Assembly: GCA_030265395.1 (NCBI GenBank)
Contig: JARFYF010000094.1
Coordinates: 56,486,866 to 56,550,865 of the forward strand
Source: Rhina ancylostomus
Lineage: Eukaryota
Direction of reading: 5' to 3'
DNA length: 64,000 bases
Part shown: positions 1-12,165 of the stretch, in pieces
Numbering within the stretch: the first letter of the stretch is position 1
How the letters are laid out: the number at the start of each line of letters is the position of its first letter
The notes under the pieces: generated by a model
Told to the model about the DNA's origin: nothing
Seen by the model: the letters and a program-made list of their open reading frames with translations, nothing else
Database searches by the model: none
Position numbers and translations under genes: made by a program

Positions 1-275
1 TGCCAGTCAGCAGCAGTCCCCTATGGACATCTCGCAGTGCTGGAAGACTAACAAGTTTTGGACAGACCAACATGCGTCTTTCACCGAGTTGATGACCTTC
101 CAGCAGCACTTGAGGTCTGTCTCAGTGTGTGTCCTTGGGAACAGCCCATAGATCAGCGAGCCCTCTGTAACACAGCTGCTGGGGATGAACTGGGACATGG
201 ACCCTTGCATCCGTCTCCACATCTTAGATAGGAGTGCCAGCACACCCTGCTGAAATGAGCAGCTGTGAACTTGAG
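1..275 (-). mobile_element. Tx1-clade LINE ORF2 C-terminal fragment
   Basis: Minus ORF 7..315 reads ...SLIYGLFPRTHTETDLKCCWKVINSVKDACWSVQNLLVFQ, resembling the C-terminus of fish Tx1-like ORF2 (recalled family resemblance). Boundaries approximate. Confidence 0.55.
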
Positions 276-879
276 GTCCTGATGATACATAGTTGGGGTA
301 GTATTGAGAGCACATTGTACTGTGAATGACTGGAGTTATAATTGGGTATTAAAGAGTCCACCCACACTGTACATAGCCACAGTGTCATTATCTCAATAAA
401 AGTCAGGCAAAATAGACTAACTGACAGAACACTGCAAATACTCAGCACATCAGGCAGCATTTGTGGATATAGTGTCATCACAGATTGGTGACTTCTCATC
501 CGGACTGATGTTTATCTTGACAAGATATCAGTCACGTACATTGAAACACACAATGAAATGCATCTTTTGCGTAGAGTATTCTGGGGGCAGCTTGCAAGTG
601 CCTGCTGTTTGTGGCAGCTTAAGACACCGGTCAGGAAAGTTGGCCAATTATCCTGCTGTTTTTCACTACAATCTGCTCAGGAATTGAATTTTTTTACCCC
701 AGAGTGGAATGCGATTGCAATTATTTCTGAGAAAAAACAAACGGATCCAGAAGTTTGACTGGGATACAAATCGTACTGGAGTGAGTATTACATTTTCACA
801 TCAGGCACAGAGCTGATGACATCCTTCCACCTGCAGCTCTCCTCTAGAAAATTGCCAGGGGAATTTAACTTTTTATTCG

Positions 880-3110
880 TTTTTCAGGATCTGGGCTTCA
901 TCAAGGGCAGCACTTATTGCCCATCCCTAATTGTCCTTGAGAAGACGATGGTGAGCTGCCTTCTTGAAGCAATGCAGGAATGTAAGAAGCTGCAGAGTAG
1001 TGGACTCAGCCCAATACATCAGCCCTCCCCACCATTTACAGGAAGTGGTGCCTCAAGAAGGCAACATCCATCATCAAATATTCCCATCATCCAGGCCATG
1101 CCATCTTCTCGCAGCTACCATCAGGCAGGAGGTACAGGAACCTGAAGTCCCACACCACCAGGTTCAAGAACAGCCACTTCCCTTCAACCATTTGGTTCTT
1201 GAACCAACCGGCACAACCCCAATCACTACCTCAGTAATAGCAACACCATGACCACTTTGCACTAGAGTGTACTTTGTGATTTTTTTTTGCTCAAATTGTG
1301 TTCTTTCTTGTAAAAATGGTGTATAATTTATTATTAATTTATGTTTCTTCTTGTGAATGCCGCTTATCTGATGCTATGTGCCTGTGATGCTGCTGTAAGT
1401 AAGTTTGTCATTGCATCCGTGCATACACGTACTTGTGCATGTGACAATAAACTTGACTTTGACTTTTTCTGGTGAAGGTGCTCTCTCAGTGTTGTTGGGG
1501 AGGCAGTTCCAGGGTTTGGATGCAGTGATGAAGAAGGATCAGCAAAATATTTCCAAATCTACATGGTGTGCAATAAGAAGGGGAACCTGCAGGTGGTGGT
1601 GTCCCCTGCTGCCCCTGCCCTTTTTGGGTGCGGAGGTCATTGGTTTGGGAGGAGCTGTTGGAGCGGCCTGGGTACGTGTAGTGCATTTTGTAGACGGTGC
1701 TCACTGCAGCCACTGGTTACTGATGGTGGAGGAGGCAGAGAGAGCTTAGGGTGGTGGATGGGGTGTCACTCAAGATGCTGCTCTGTGCTGGTTGGTCCAG
1801 AGCTGATTGAGAGTTGTTGGAGCTGCACTCATCCAGGCAAGTGGAGAGTGCTCCATCACACTCCTGACGTGCCCTGTGAATGGCGGGAAGCCTTGGGGTA
1901 TCAGGAGGTAAGTCACTCACTGCAGGATCCCCAGCCTCTGACCTGTTCTTGTAGCCATGGGATTTGTGTGGCCGATCCAATTGAATGTCTGGCCAGTGGT
2001 GGCCCCATGATGTTGATGGGGTGGGGGCGGGGAGCTAGGTGATGGTAATGTCATTGAATGTCAGAGGTAGCTGGTTAGATTCTCTCTTATGGAGACGGTC
2101 ACTGTCTGGCATTTGGTGTGAATGTTACTGCCACTTATCAGCCTCTGCCTGAATGTTGTCTGAGTCTTGTTACCTGCAAGCAGGAGCTGCTTCACTTGCT
2201 GAGGGGTTGTGAATGGAATTGAACCTTGTGCAATCATCAGTGTTGGAAGGAAGGTCACTGATGAGCAGCTGTAGATGGTTGGGTCTGAGGAAATCCTGCA
2301 GTGAGGTCCTGGGGCTGGGATGATTGACATCCACAACCACAACCATCCTCCATTGTGTGAGGTTTGACCCCAACCATTGAATTCTTTCCCTTTGATCAGC
2401 AATGACTTCTGCTTCACCGGGGCTCCGAGAAGCCGCATTGAGTCAAATGCTGCTTTGATGGCAGGATCAGTCACTCTCCCCCACCTCTGGAGTTGGTCCT
2501 TTGATCCAGATTTGGACCTAGGCTGTGATGAGGTCCGGTGCTGAGTGCTCCTGACCTGGGCATAGATGAGTAAGTTCCTGGTGAACAAGTGCCGCTTGAT
2601 AGAATAGTCAACAACACCTTCCATCCCTTTGCTGATGATTGAGAGCAGACTGTTTGGGCAGTAATTAGCCAAGTTGGATCTATCCATTTTGTGAACAGGT
2701 CCTACCTAGACAATATTCCACAACGTTAGGTAGGTACCAGTGTCGTAACTGCACTGGAGCAGCTTGGCTACAGGCACAGCTAGTTTTGGAATGCAGGTAT
2801 TCAGTTCTACAGCTGGGATGTCGTCTGGTCCCAGAACCTCTGCTGTATCTACTGCTCTCACCCAGCGCTTGATATCATATGGAGCGAATTGAATTGGCTG
2901 AATAGTTTCTGTGACGGTGGGATCTCTAACACTCCAATGCTGGGTCCCACTGTCACTGAGGATGAGGATGTTGCTGGATCCTCCTCCTCCTGTTAGCTGT
3001 ATACCTGTCCACCACTGTCCATGACTCTACCTAGTAGCTTTGATGGCTTTGTTGGCTGTGTGTTTGCTCAGCTCTATCGACAGCCTGTGGCTTTAGATGG
3101 TCAGCACATG
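880..3110 (-). mobile_element. Degenerate CR1/L2-group LINE (RT region to 3' end), interrupted by a Rex1 fragment at ~970-1466
   Basis: Minus ORF 2061..2687 has RT-like SNLANYCPNSLLSIISKGMEGVV and IKAAFD motifs. The 3' end 'attgcccatccctaattgtccttgagaag...gagctgccttcttgaa' (~916-968) matches the copy at ~23380-23430. Confidence 0.75.
970..1466 (+). mobile_element. Rex1/Babar-clade LINE 3' fragment
   Basis: 'ccatcaggcaggaggtacaggaacctgaagtcccacaccaccaggttcaagaacagc' encodes PSGRRYRNLKSHTTRFKNS, typical of the Rex1 ORF end. It ends in AATAAA plus a (cttgact)n-like tail at ~1446-1466. Confidence 0.7.
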
Positions 3111-4526
3111 TTTAGTCCTGTACAGGCTGGCACCTTGTCACTTGGAGGTACACCCAGCACTGACTGTCCTGTGAGTGAGTGTAAAGGGCCCCAAGTTGTC
3201 CCTGGTGCCCTGGCCCTGGTCACATCACCTCACAGAAGGTGAACATGGCGGCCCCTTCATTACAGGTGTGACAACTATTTCAAAGCCCAAAGTGGCCACA
3301 GGCAAACAGGGAGCCCCAAGACATGAATGAGGAGCAGGAGGAGGCCAGTCAGCCCCTCGGACCTGCCCAACCATTTGACAAGATTAATGTGACTGTCACT
3401 TTGGATGCACACTCACACCCACTCTCGGCCTTCCCTCTCTACTGCTGTCCTGAACACAGACAAGGACACTGCCCTTTGAGGAAGAGACTTCCAAAGACCC
3501 GACCCCCTGAGAGAAAAATGTCCTCCAGGTGGATCCCAGTCCGAGAGCTGGGAAGTTCGTGTCATCCATTGCCCCAGAGAGCAGGGAGGACGCTGAGAGC
3601 TCTCTGTTGGTATCGCAGCAAGGGATCCTCTGGAGTGATCAATACNNNNNNNNNNNNNNNNNNNNNNNNNNNNNNNNNNNNNNNNNNNNNNNNNNNNNNN
3701 NNNNNNNNNNNNNNNNNNNNNNNNNNNNNNNNNNNNNNNNNNNNNNNNNNNNNNNNNNNNNNNNNNNNNNNNNNNNNNNNNNNNNNNNNNNNNNNNNNNN
3801 NNNNNNNNNNNNNNNNNNNNNNNNNNNNNNNNNNNNNNNNNNNNNNNNNNNNNNNNNNNNNNNNNNNNNNNNNNNNNNNNNNNNNNNNNNNNNNNNNNNN
3901 NNNNNNNNNNNNNNNNNNNNNNNNNNNNNNNNNNNNNNNNNNNNNNNNNNNNNNNNNNNNNNNNNNNNNNNNNNNNNNNNNNNNNNNNNNNNNNNNNNNN
4001 NNNNNNNNNNNNNNNNNNNNNNNNNNNNNNNNNNNNNNNNNNNNNNNNNNNNNNNNNNNNNNNNNNNNNNNNNNNNNNNNNNNNNNNNNNNNNNNNNNNN
4101 NNNNNNNNNNNNNNNNNNNNNNNNNNNNNNNNNNNNNNNNNNNNNNNNNNNNNNNNNNNNNNNNNNNNNNNNNNNNNNNNNNNNNNNNNNNNNNNNNNNN
4201 NNNNNNNNNNNNNNNNNNNNNNNNNNNNNNNNNNNNNNNNNNNNNNNNNNNNNNNNNNNNNNNNNNNNNNNNNNNNNNNNNNNNNNNNNNNNNNNNNNNN
4301 NNNNNNNNNNNNNNNNNNNNNNNNNNNNNNNNNNNNNNNNNNNNNNNNNNNNNNNNNNNNNNNNNNNNNNNNNNNNNNNNNNNNNNNNNNNNNNNNNNNN
4401 NNNNNNNNNNNNNNNNNNNNNNNNNNNNNNNNNNNNNNNNNNNNNNNNNNNNNNNNNNNNTATCCCTCACCCCTCATTCCTCCTTTCCTTGCCCTGTCCC
4501 CACCTCCTCCTCCCAATGTCCTTCCA

Positions 4527-4528
<2 letters not shown>

Positions 4529-4571
<43 letters not shown>
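4529..4571. repeat. (CT)n microsatellite
   Basis: Run of ctctctct... seen directly. Confidence 0.95.
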
Positions 4572-4573
<2 letters not shown>

Positions 4574-5031
4574 TCCATACCCCTCTATCCATCCTTCTGC
4601 TCCCTCTCTCCGCTCCCTCTCCACTACCATCCTCTCTCTCCCTCTGTCTGCTGACTGAGCCCAGCCTGGGGACAGCCCACAGCGACTCTGCTGCCTGATC
4701 TACAAATTATTCAGTGACAAAGGCCAAAGCACTGAGGCCCCACCCACCCCCGACCTCTAACCAGCCCACCGACCCCTGACCCCTGACCACCCCCCACCTC
4801 TCCAGATCCGAAGCAGGACGTACAGACAGATGAAACCTCCGCAGGGACAGGAAGGGGTCGGGGAGAGGAGGTTAAATCCTTGGTGTCCCGACAGTGAGGG
4901 CTGAACTGTCCAGGGTGATTCACACAGGGCCTGGGATGGGGAGAGAGGGGGAGGGGTGTGGGACACTGTCCACCCTGTCTCTGACCTACCAGCTCCTGCA
5001 CCGTGTCCCGGGGTTGTCGGGCTCCACCTAC

Positions 5032-5147
5032 CCTGGTCTTGGGGGCTCGGACCTGGAGCCCCACATCTCCAGCAGCCCGCTGTGGCGTCCGTAGCGACGA
5101 CGGTAGAGCTGGGACGAAGTCAGCTCGCGAAGCCTCACCCCCGCCAT
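5032..5147 (-). CDS. LIMS2: LIMS2 (PINCH2) alternative first coding exon, LYRRR-type N-terminus
   Basis: Translates MAGVRLRELTSSQLYRRRYGRHSGLLEMWGSRSEPPRP(G), resembling recalled LIMS isoform N-termini (LIMS1 MTALQLKELSHSGLYRRRRDR; LIMS2 MAARLGALAASGLYRRRQHR). Ends GG|GTAGGT in phase 2, the same phase as the MTGS exon. An in-frame upstream ATG lies at 5162. Confidence 0.7.
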
Positions 5148-5749
5148 CAGTCCCACCAGCATCTCCTGCCCTGTCCTGGCCTGGTTTCCCCAATGGTTCC
5201 TTTTCTGGAACAGGCACTGTTGCACTCCCGGGACAAGGTCCCGGTCCTCCCTCCCCCCACACCCCCACCCGTCCAGCCCCACCNNNNNNNNNNNNNNNNN
5301 NNNNCGGCAACCAGAGCTTCACAATCCCGAAGGAGGAGATTGTCCTGCCGGCCTTCGGCTTCCTTCCTGACGGGAATAACAGGATTCCAGAGCTCAGGCA
5401 GGGAGGGAGGGGTAGTCACAGCTGAAACACAGGCTGAGGAATGGATGGGGGGGGGAGAGGGAGATCCCACAGTCCAGCCGTGTCCCACTGGAGTTGCTTG
5501 GCTCCTCCGGCCCCTTCCTAGGCCCAGCATCTGAAGGTCAGGCTGGGAAATGAGCTCCACACTCTGACCTCCAGACCCTGGGGCAGGATCACCAGAAGGT
5601 CAACTGTGGGAGCCGTCACACACCAGAGGAGGTGTCTGACCTCCCAGAGCAGCAGGGAAGGAACTTCCACTGCCCACAGCACCCAGGGAGATCCAACCTG
5701 TAGGAATCAGTGCGGACACCAGATAAACCAAGGCACACTGTAATAACAT

Positions 5750-6185
5750 GGATACATTCACTCACGCTGATACACTCACCCGCCTCACACTGACACACTC
5801 ACACCCAACACTAACACAGTCAATCACTCTGACACAGACTGACACACTTACCAACACTCACCCATAATGACACACTCACACCCAACACTGACACTCACTG
5901 ACACTTACTCTTACTGAGACATTCATACTGACACACTCAGCACCCACACTGACACACTCAGCACCCACACTGACACACTCAGCACCCACACTGACACAAT
6001 CACACACTACACTGACATACTGACACCCATACTAGCACTGACACCCTCACACCCACCCACACTGACACAATCATGCTCACTGCACTCTGACACAATCGCA
6101 GCCAGCCAACACCGGAAAACCCACACTTAACCAACATTGACACACTCTTTTCCACCCCGCACTGACACAATAACATCTACCAGAG

Positions 6186-6220
<35 letters not shown>

Positions 6221-6480
6221 AGCTGCCCATACTGACACTCACACCCATCTCACACTGACACACTCATACTCATTAATATTCTGACACATGCACACCAACC
6301 CAATACTAGCAAATTCACACTTACCAACAGTGATGCCCACGCCAACACTAGTGTGTGTACACACACTCCCACCTAACACTAATGCACTCACACCAACCCA
6401 ATACCAGCACACTCACAGACACACACTCACACCCATCGCTGCAACACTGACACACTATTTTCCCATACCGAAGACTGACA
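5750..6480. repeat. CA-rich degenerate minisatellite (actgacacactc-like), including 3 perfect 21-bp units at ~5927-5990 and (CA)n at ~6188-6217
   Basis: Recurrent 'actgacacactcagcacccac' and 'ctgacacactc' units seen directly. Confidence 0.85.
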
Positions 6481-6559
6481 CTTCTCTTTCTCTCTCTCTC
6501 TCCCTGCACATTCTCTCCCTCATTCTGTCAGTCAGATGAACACGTGCGTGGAGACCATT

Positions 6560-7850
6560 CATCCCTGTAGCCTGCTCCCTCATGTGGCCGAGCTACCCCA
6601 GTGACATTTTCCTGCTCAATCCCCATATCCCCAATCCCTTAATATCCAGAACTCCACAGATTTCTGCTTTGAATGAGGTCAGTGACTGAGCCTCCAAATC
6701 TCTCCAGGGTGGACAAGCCCAAAGATTTCACAGCCCTTGAGTGAAGGAATGTCTCCTCATCTCAGCAGTGAATACCTGACCCCTAATTCTGAGGCTGTGC
6801 ACCTGGCCCCAAACCCCTCAGCTGGGGGGGGGGGGGGACACACCCACCCTTTCATAAGTTTAATTAAAGTCTCTTCTTATTTTTCTAAACTCTAATACAG
6901 ACCCAATCCCTCATACAGCCAACCCAGCACGACTGGTGAATTTTCACTCTCTCTGTGGAAACTACATCTTCTGTTTGGTGAGGAGGCCAAAACTCTGCAG
7001 GATACTCCAGGTGTTGTCTTACAAAGGCCCAGAATAACTGCGGTAAGGCATGTTACACCTGTACTCAAATCTTCTCATATAAAGGCCCCTATACCCTATT
7101 CCCTCCTAATAGCTAGCAACACCTGCATGTTGGCACTTGGTGTATCGTGTCAAAGGATCCCTGGGTTGTGGTGAACAGACATGTTTCCCAATCTGTCACC
7201 TTTTTAAAAAATGTCGCACTTCTGCATTATAGTAACTCNNNNNNNNNNNNNNNNNNNNNNNNNNNNNNNNNNNNNNNNNNNNNNNNNNNNNNNNNNNNNN
7301 NNNNNNNNNNNNNNNNNNNNNNNNNNNNNNNNNNNNNNNNNNNNNNNNNNNNNNNNNNNNNNNNNNNNNNNCATGGGTCACCTCACAAGTTGTTGATATG
7401 TGGGAGGTTGGGACCTTAACGGTGCCTGATCCGTCACAGCCTGCCAAGCCGAGGAGGATCTGTTTATTCCCATGCCCTGGGTGCTGTCCTGGCTGGTGTT
7501 TCATCGAAAGCCTTCAGAAAATTCCAACGCCCCCTCCCCCAGTCACTGGTTTCCCCATCTACTCTGCTCACCACATACTCAAGGACTTCAATGGATTAGT
7601 CAAACATGATTTCCTTTTCATAAATAACTCCAGTCACTCCTATTTTTCTTTTCAAGCTGTTGTGTTGTTACCTCCAGCATTTTCCCCACCAGTGAAGTTA
7701 CACTGACAGGTCACCACACAGCTCCCTGTTTTCTTCCATGGTGTTGCCACATTCACTACCCTCCCATCCACAGGAACAATTCCAGAATCCACACAACTGT
7801 GGAAGATTATAACCAGAGCACCCAATGTCACTCTGGGCACCTCTGTCAAC
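6560..7850 (-). mobile_element. Degenerate CR1-type LINE 3'/RT fragments (gap inside)
   Basis: CR1-like reverse-complement motifs (gaatgtctcctcatctcag, gatactccaggtgttgtcttac, gtcaaacatgatttccttttcataaat). Boundaries approximate. Confidence 0.5.
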
Positions 7851-8173
7851 ACTCTCTTCCCACTCCCCCCCTCTCTACATCCCCTCTCACCCGCCCTCCC
7901 TCACACTCTCTCACTGTCTTGTCCACATACTCCCTTCTCATTCCCTCTCTCACACGCTCTCTGACATTCCTTCTATCACACTTTCTCTGCAGGCCCCCAC
8001 TCATTCCCACTCCACTCCCCCCTCCACCCACATTCCTGTCTCTCTCTCCACTCCTGTCCCACACCCCTACTCACATTCCTCTCCCTCCCTCTACACTCGT
8101 TTCTCCCCATCCCCTGTCCCACCCGGTCCCCGAGACGCCCCTGCTACATGATCCGCACCGCCCGTCTCCTCAC

Positions 8174-8184
8174 CTCCCGGTCAT
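8174..8184 (-). CDS. LIMS2: LIMS2 (PINCH2) first coding micro-exon, M-T-G-(S)
   Basis: Minus strand reads gaggacc ATG ACC GGG AG|GTGAGG: Kozak-like ATG, 11 coding nt, consensus donor. Human LIMS2 begins MTGS-NMSDALAN and lies 3' of WDR33 on the same strand. The exon sits in a CpG-rich patch. Downstream LIM exons were not found in the window. Confidence 0.75.
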
Positions 8185-8400
8185 GGTCCTCAGCGCGGCT
8201 CCCCGCTCGCTCGCTGCCTGGAGACTGTAACTCTGCCGAGAGCTTTCAACCCAAAAAAGGAGAGCGCTGGGCTGCCGTGCGCTCTTGGCAACACCATGGG
8301 GCGACTTCCCAAGGGGGAGTGTAACTACTGAAATCTCGTAAACAGCACGGAGCTCTGAGCCAGATCGGAATCGGAGCCTAGGCGCTTTAAAGGGGCTGTT
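8185..8400 (-). promoter_or_regulatory. Putative LIMS2 promoter/5'UTR with CArG box and X-box-like half-sites
   Basis: CpG-rich. CCAAAAAAGG (CC(A/T)6GG) at 8251-8260; TTGGCAAC at 8285-8292; CCATGGGGCGAC at 8294-8305; TTTAAA at 8386-8391. Confidence 0.55.
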
Positions 8401-8844
8401 TACCCCCCCGGGATCTTGAACACCAGACCCTCAGGGACACTCCTCGGCTCTCCCTTGGCCGTGTTGTCCCTGCTCCTCGGTCCACAGGGGCAGCTCGTCC
8501 TGCCTCAGCTCAGCCAGATATCGCCGCTGGTCCAGAACTCTGGGCTGGTGAGACCACCGCCCTGGCATCTACCCTTAGCTTTCGGCCGGGGACCAGGTCA
8601 AAGACAACACTGCCTTCATACCTCCTCTGGTTGGAGATTGCAGTGGGTACCTCTGGTTCGAACTAATCAATACTCACAGAAAGGCGGCAGTTGACTGTCT
8701 GGTCTCCCACTCGGGAGTGCTCTTGTTCCAGCCCTCCACAGTGCCCAGTGTGACTTAACTTGTTCTAATACCCTTCCCACGGAGGTTCAAGATTCCCAAA
8801 AATGCCCGTGCCTCATCTTGAACGCTCCTGACGAAGCCACGGGA

Positions 8845-9377
8845 AGGAAAGTGGGCCATTCGGCCCTTCAAGCGTCTTTCATTGTTAAATCGATTTGGAT
8901 TTAAATAGGAGGCAATTCAGCCCCTCACAGCTGCACTTAATCCCACATTCCCTAACATACAAAATTCTATCAATTTGCTCTGGAATATCCTCAGCGACAA
9001 AACCTCCACAGACCACTGCATAGACAAGTCCAAAGATTATGGGAGAGGAAAGACCTGAATGGCCCAGCTCTAGTTCTGGACATCCACACAAAGAGAAATG
9101 TCATCCCTGCACCAACCTGTCAGACCCAGTCACCTTCCATCTTTCTGAACTCAGTGCAGAATAAGCCCAGACTGCTTATTCTCTCCCCATATGGCCAACC
9201 CATCTCAGGAACCAATCTGGCCAAGCTTCACACCTGTAGACTAGACCTGTACACAGTAGTCTAGGTGTGGTCTCACCAGAGTCTTGCGCTGTTGCAGTAA
9301 TAGGTCTTAAATCCTCTTGCAATGAAGGCTAACTTTATTAGGATGTATTCTATCCTAATTTTTGCTGTACCTGTACC
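8845..9377 (-). mobile_element. CR1-type LINE 3' end, degenerate
   Basis: 'gggccattcggcccttcaagc', 'cagcccagactgctt'-like and 'tacacagtagtctaggtgtggtctcaccag' CR1 3'-region motifs. Confidence 0.5.
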
Positions 9378-9890
9378 NNNNNNNNNNNNNNNNNNNNNNN
9401 NNNNNNNNNNNNNNNNNNNNNNNNNNNNNNNNNNNNNNNNNNNNNNNNNNNNNNNNNNNNNNNNNNNNNNNNNNNNNNNNNNNNNNNNNNNNNNNNNNNN
9501 NNNNNNNNNNNNNNNNNNNNNNNNNNNNNNNNNNNNNNNNNNNNNNNNNNNNNNNNNNNNNNNNNNNNNNNNNNNNNNNNNNNNNNNNNNNNNNNNNNNN
9601 NNNNNNNNNNNNNNNNNNNNNNNNNNNNNNNNNNNNNNNNNNNNNNNNNNNNNNNNNNNNNNNNNNNNNNNNNNNNNNNNNNNNNNNNNNNNNNNNNNNN
9701 NNNNNNNNNNNNNNNNNNNNNNNNNNNNNNNNNNNNNNNNNNNNNNNNNNNNNNNNNNNNNNNNNNNNNNNNNNNNNNNNNNNNNNNNNNNNNNNNNNNN
9801 NNNNNNNNNNNNNNNNNNNNNNNNNNNNNNNNNNNNNNNNNNNNNNNNNNNNNNNNNNNNNNNNNNNNNNNNNNNNNNNNNNNNNNNNNN

Positions 9891-10168
9891 GCCCAAGGAC
9901 AGCATCTATCCTGTTGTTATGACTATTGAATGGCACCCTAGTACGGTAAGGTGGATTCTTGACCTCACAATCTACCTTATTTTGACCTTGCACCTTATTG
10001 TCTGTCTGCCTGCACTGCACTTTCTTTGTGTGCATTCTGTTCTTGTTTTCTCTTGTACTACCTCAATGCACCGATGGGATGAAATGATCTGTATGGATGG
10101 CATGCAAAACAAAGTTTTTCACTGTACCTTAGTAAATGTGACAATAATAAACAAATATACCAAACCAA
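9891..10168 (+). mobile_element. Rex1-type LINE 3' end
   Basis: 'aaggacagcatctatcctgttgttat...accttgcaccttattg...aataataaac' matches the copies at 18200-18358 and 26018-26515. Confidence 0.7.
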
Positions 10169-11539
10169 TGGTCTGGTTGCAAACAGCCAGGGTCTTAACC
10201 TCAATCCCTGCCACACCCCACTGCTTCCTAACCTGAAATTTACTCCTGCACTTTTCTGTCCATGAACTGCTCTTCAAACCTATTTACCCAACTTTGTTCC
10301 ATATCATTTTATCCTTCAATTTCAGACTTGAAAACATCAGTCCCTGGCCATTGGGTGCGAGAGGTCCAGACGTGTGAAAGTGTGCTTTCTGATTTCACTC
10401 AGTTTTCTCCCAGTGAGGGGATTTGGGTTACTGGGCTGAGATGGTACTTGTTGATCAGGTTGAGAATGGGCTTCGGCACGGAGAGGGATCATGAAGAGAC
10501 TTGGGTTCACAAAAATGATCTTTAATTAACAATCAGGTTGAAGGATCACAGCTAACAGTGCAGATCAAAGTGGTTGAACATTTGGGATCAGATGGGGTAA
10601 ATCAACTAACAGAGAGGTCACTCTGAGATTTCTGCCAATTGACAGGATTTGGAAAAATGCAGGGTGGTAAGATCTGTCTCTGCTCACTATGAAATAAAGC
10701 TTCTTGGCAATTCAAGTACAAACTTATTTTCTCAAGTAGTTTCATGGTTTGCCCCCAATAAGTATCGAGAGGCACAAGGAAGATGAGTATCTAGATTAAA
10801 TCTCGAAAACAAAACCTGTTCTGCCCCTGGATGATGCTATTGTTCAGATTAACAGTACAGAAAACTGATCACGTGTGGAACTTCGCAACATGCAACAATT
10901 ACCGTGGAACCACCAAAAGTTCTGTCACAAAGTTATAGGGCTGGTGTTTCTGCCTTGATAAGTACAAAACAAAGACAGATTAGAAAATGTAGGGAAAGCT
11001 GATTTAACTAACTAGTGAAATAATAGTTTGGTAATAAAGGGCAATAAGAAATGGCACATAAATGGACAAGTTGGTAAATTAATGGAGGAGGGAGCCAGTT
11101 GCAGATACCCAGTGCAATCTGTGTTTGGAAAAATCAAGAGGACAATGAATTTCAACTTGACTGTACATCGCTTCCTCTGCACTTTCTGTAAGTCTGATTA
11201 GGTCTGGCAGCATCCAAATACAATTCCATGGCTAAAACCCAGGAAACTGCCTTTGCACCATCAGTATATTTGCCTACAGCTGACTTTCATTTGCCTCTCC
11301 ACTGGATCTTACACCTTTAATAGCTGTGCACAAGTGGATCAGCACTATCCACGTTTGTGTTTGCAATGACAAATGCTTGTCTACCTGTCTTCCTCCTTCT
11401 CTGGGTGAATATATGGCTATTCAGACCACACCTTTCCACCTGTGACTGCACTGCCCAAACTTGAAGGAGTGATACCTTGTGATTGTGACTTGTTTTGGAT
11501 TACCCGAAGATTTACTCTGAGTATGTGGCTTTCCATTAT

Positions 11540-11760
11540 CCTTAGTGGGTTAACTTGGCTGCATGGGTAGCCTTACCACTGAGTAGGTTCAAATCCTTCT
11601 CCAGGATTTGAGTACTTATTATTTACAGTGACGTTTGAGTGCAGTACTGAGGGAGTGCAGCATTGCTGAAGGTGCTGCATTTAGTTGTTGGCTAAGCACA
11701 AAATGCACTTCTCAAAAGGCAGGCAGTTCTAGTGTCTTGTACAGCATTCACCTCTCACAG
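11540..11760 (+). mobile_element. Degenerate tRNA-derived SINE (DeuSINE-like)
   Basis: B-box-like 'ggttcaaatcc' (~11587) followed by 'gagtgcagtactgagggagtgcagcattgctgaaggtgctgcattt'. A related copy lies on the minus strand at ~51600-51870. Confidence 0.45.
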
Positions 11761-12083
11761 TCAGTAGTCCTTTGTATATTGCAAAGACAGGCTGAACCTG
11801 CCCAACATCTGCCTTGGAGTCAGCACCAGATCTCACTGCCCAAATCCCTGAAACAGAGGGCAAAACACTGAAACCTATTTTTAGTTTCTTATCTGTGTTT
11901 CAGAGAACAACCTCAGAGAGAGGTCAACAGATGTATTATGTTTGTAAAACAAGACGTGGCAAAATAAAAACAGACCAGGTCTCTAGCTTTCTGTTAAATT
12001 TTGCACAAATTATATTGTGTAGTCATACAAAATGACACTAGAGACAAACTGTACACTGAATCAGAGCTTCTTTGATCTGACAT

Positions 12084-12085
<2 letters not shown>

Positions 12086-12125
<40 letters not shown>

Positions 12126-12165
12126 TGTGTGTGTGTGTGTGTGTCTATATTTATGTGTGTGTGTG
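12086..12165. repeat. (GT)n microsatellite; a second degenerate (GT)n lies at ~13025-13118
   Basis: Seen directly next to gaps, probably in the WDR33 3' UTR/flank. Confidence 0.9.

Noticed and set aside
3323-4698. Long ORFs of 200-440 aa here and at 9273-10236, 37434-38578 and 47163-48141
   Set aside because: They are made mostly of X from N gaps and are not real reading frames.
4711-5560. Several overlapping GC-rich ORFs (e.g. 203 aa minus, 192 aa plus)
   Set aside because: These are by-products of high GC content around the LIMS2 alternative exon and span a gap. Only the LYRRR frame has homology support.
8416-8694. 92-aa plus-strand ORF, and a 45-codon minus-strand ORF (MPGRWSHQPRVLDQRRYLAELRQDELPLW...), near the LIMS2 promoter
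   Set aside because: No recognisable homology and not SFT2D3-like. The minus ORF stops before any donor.
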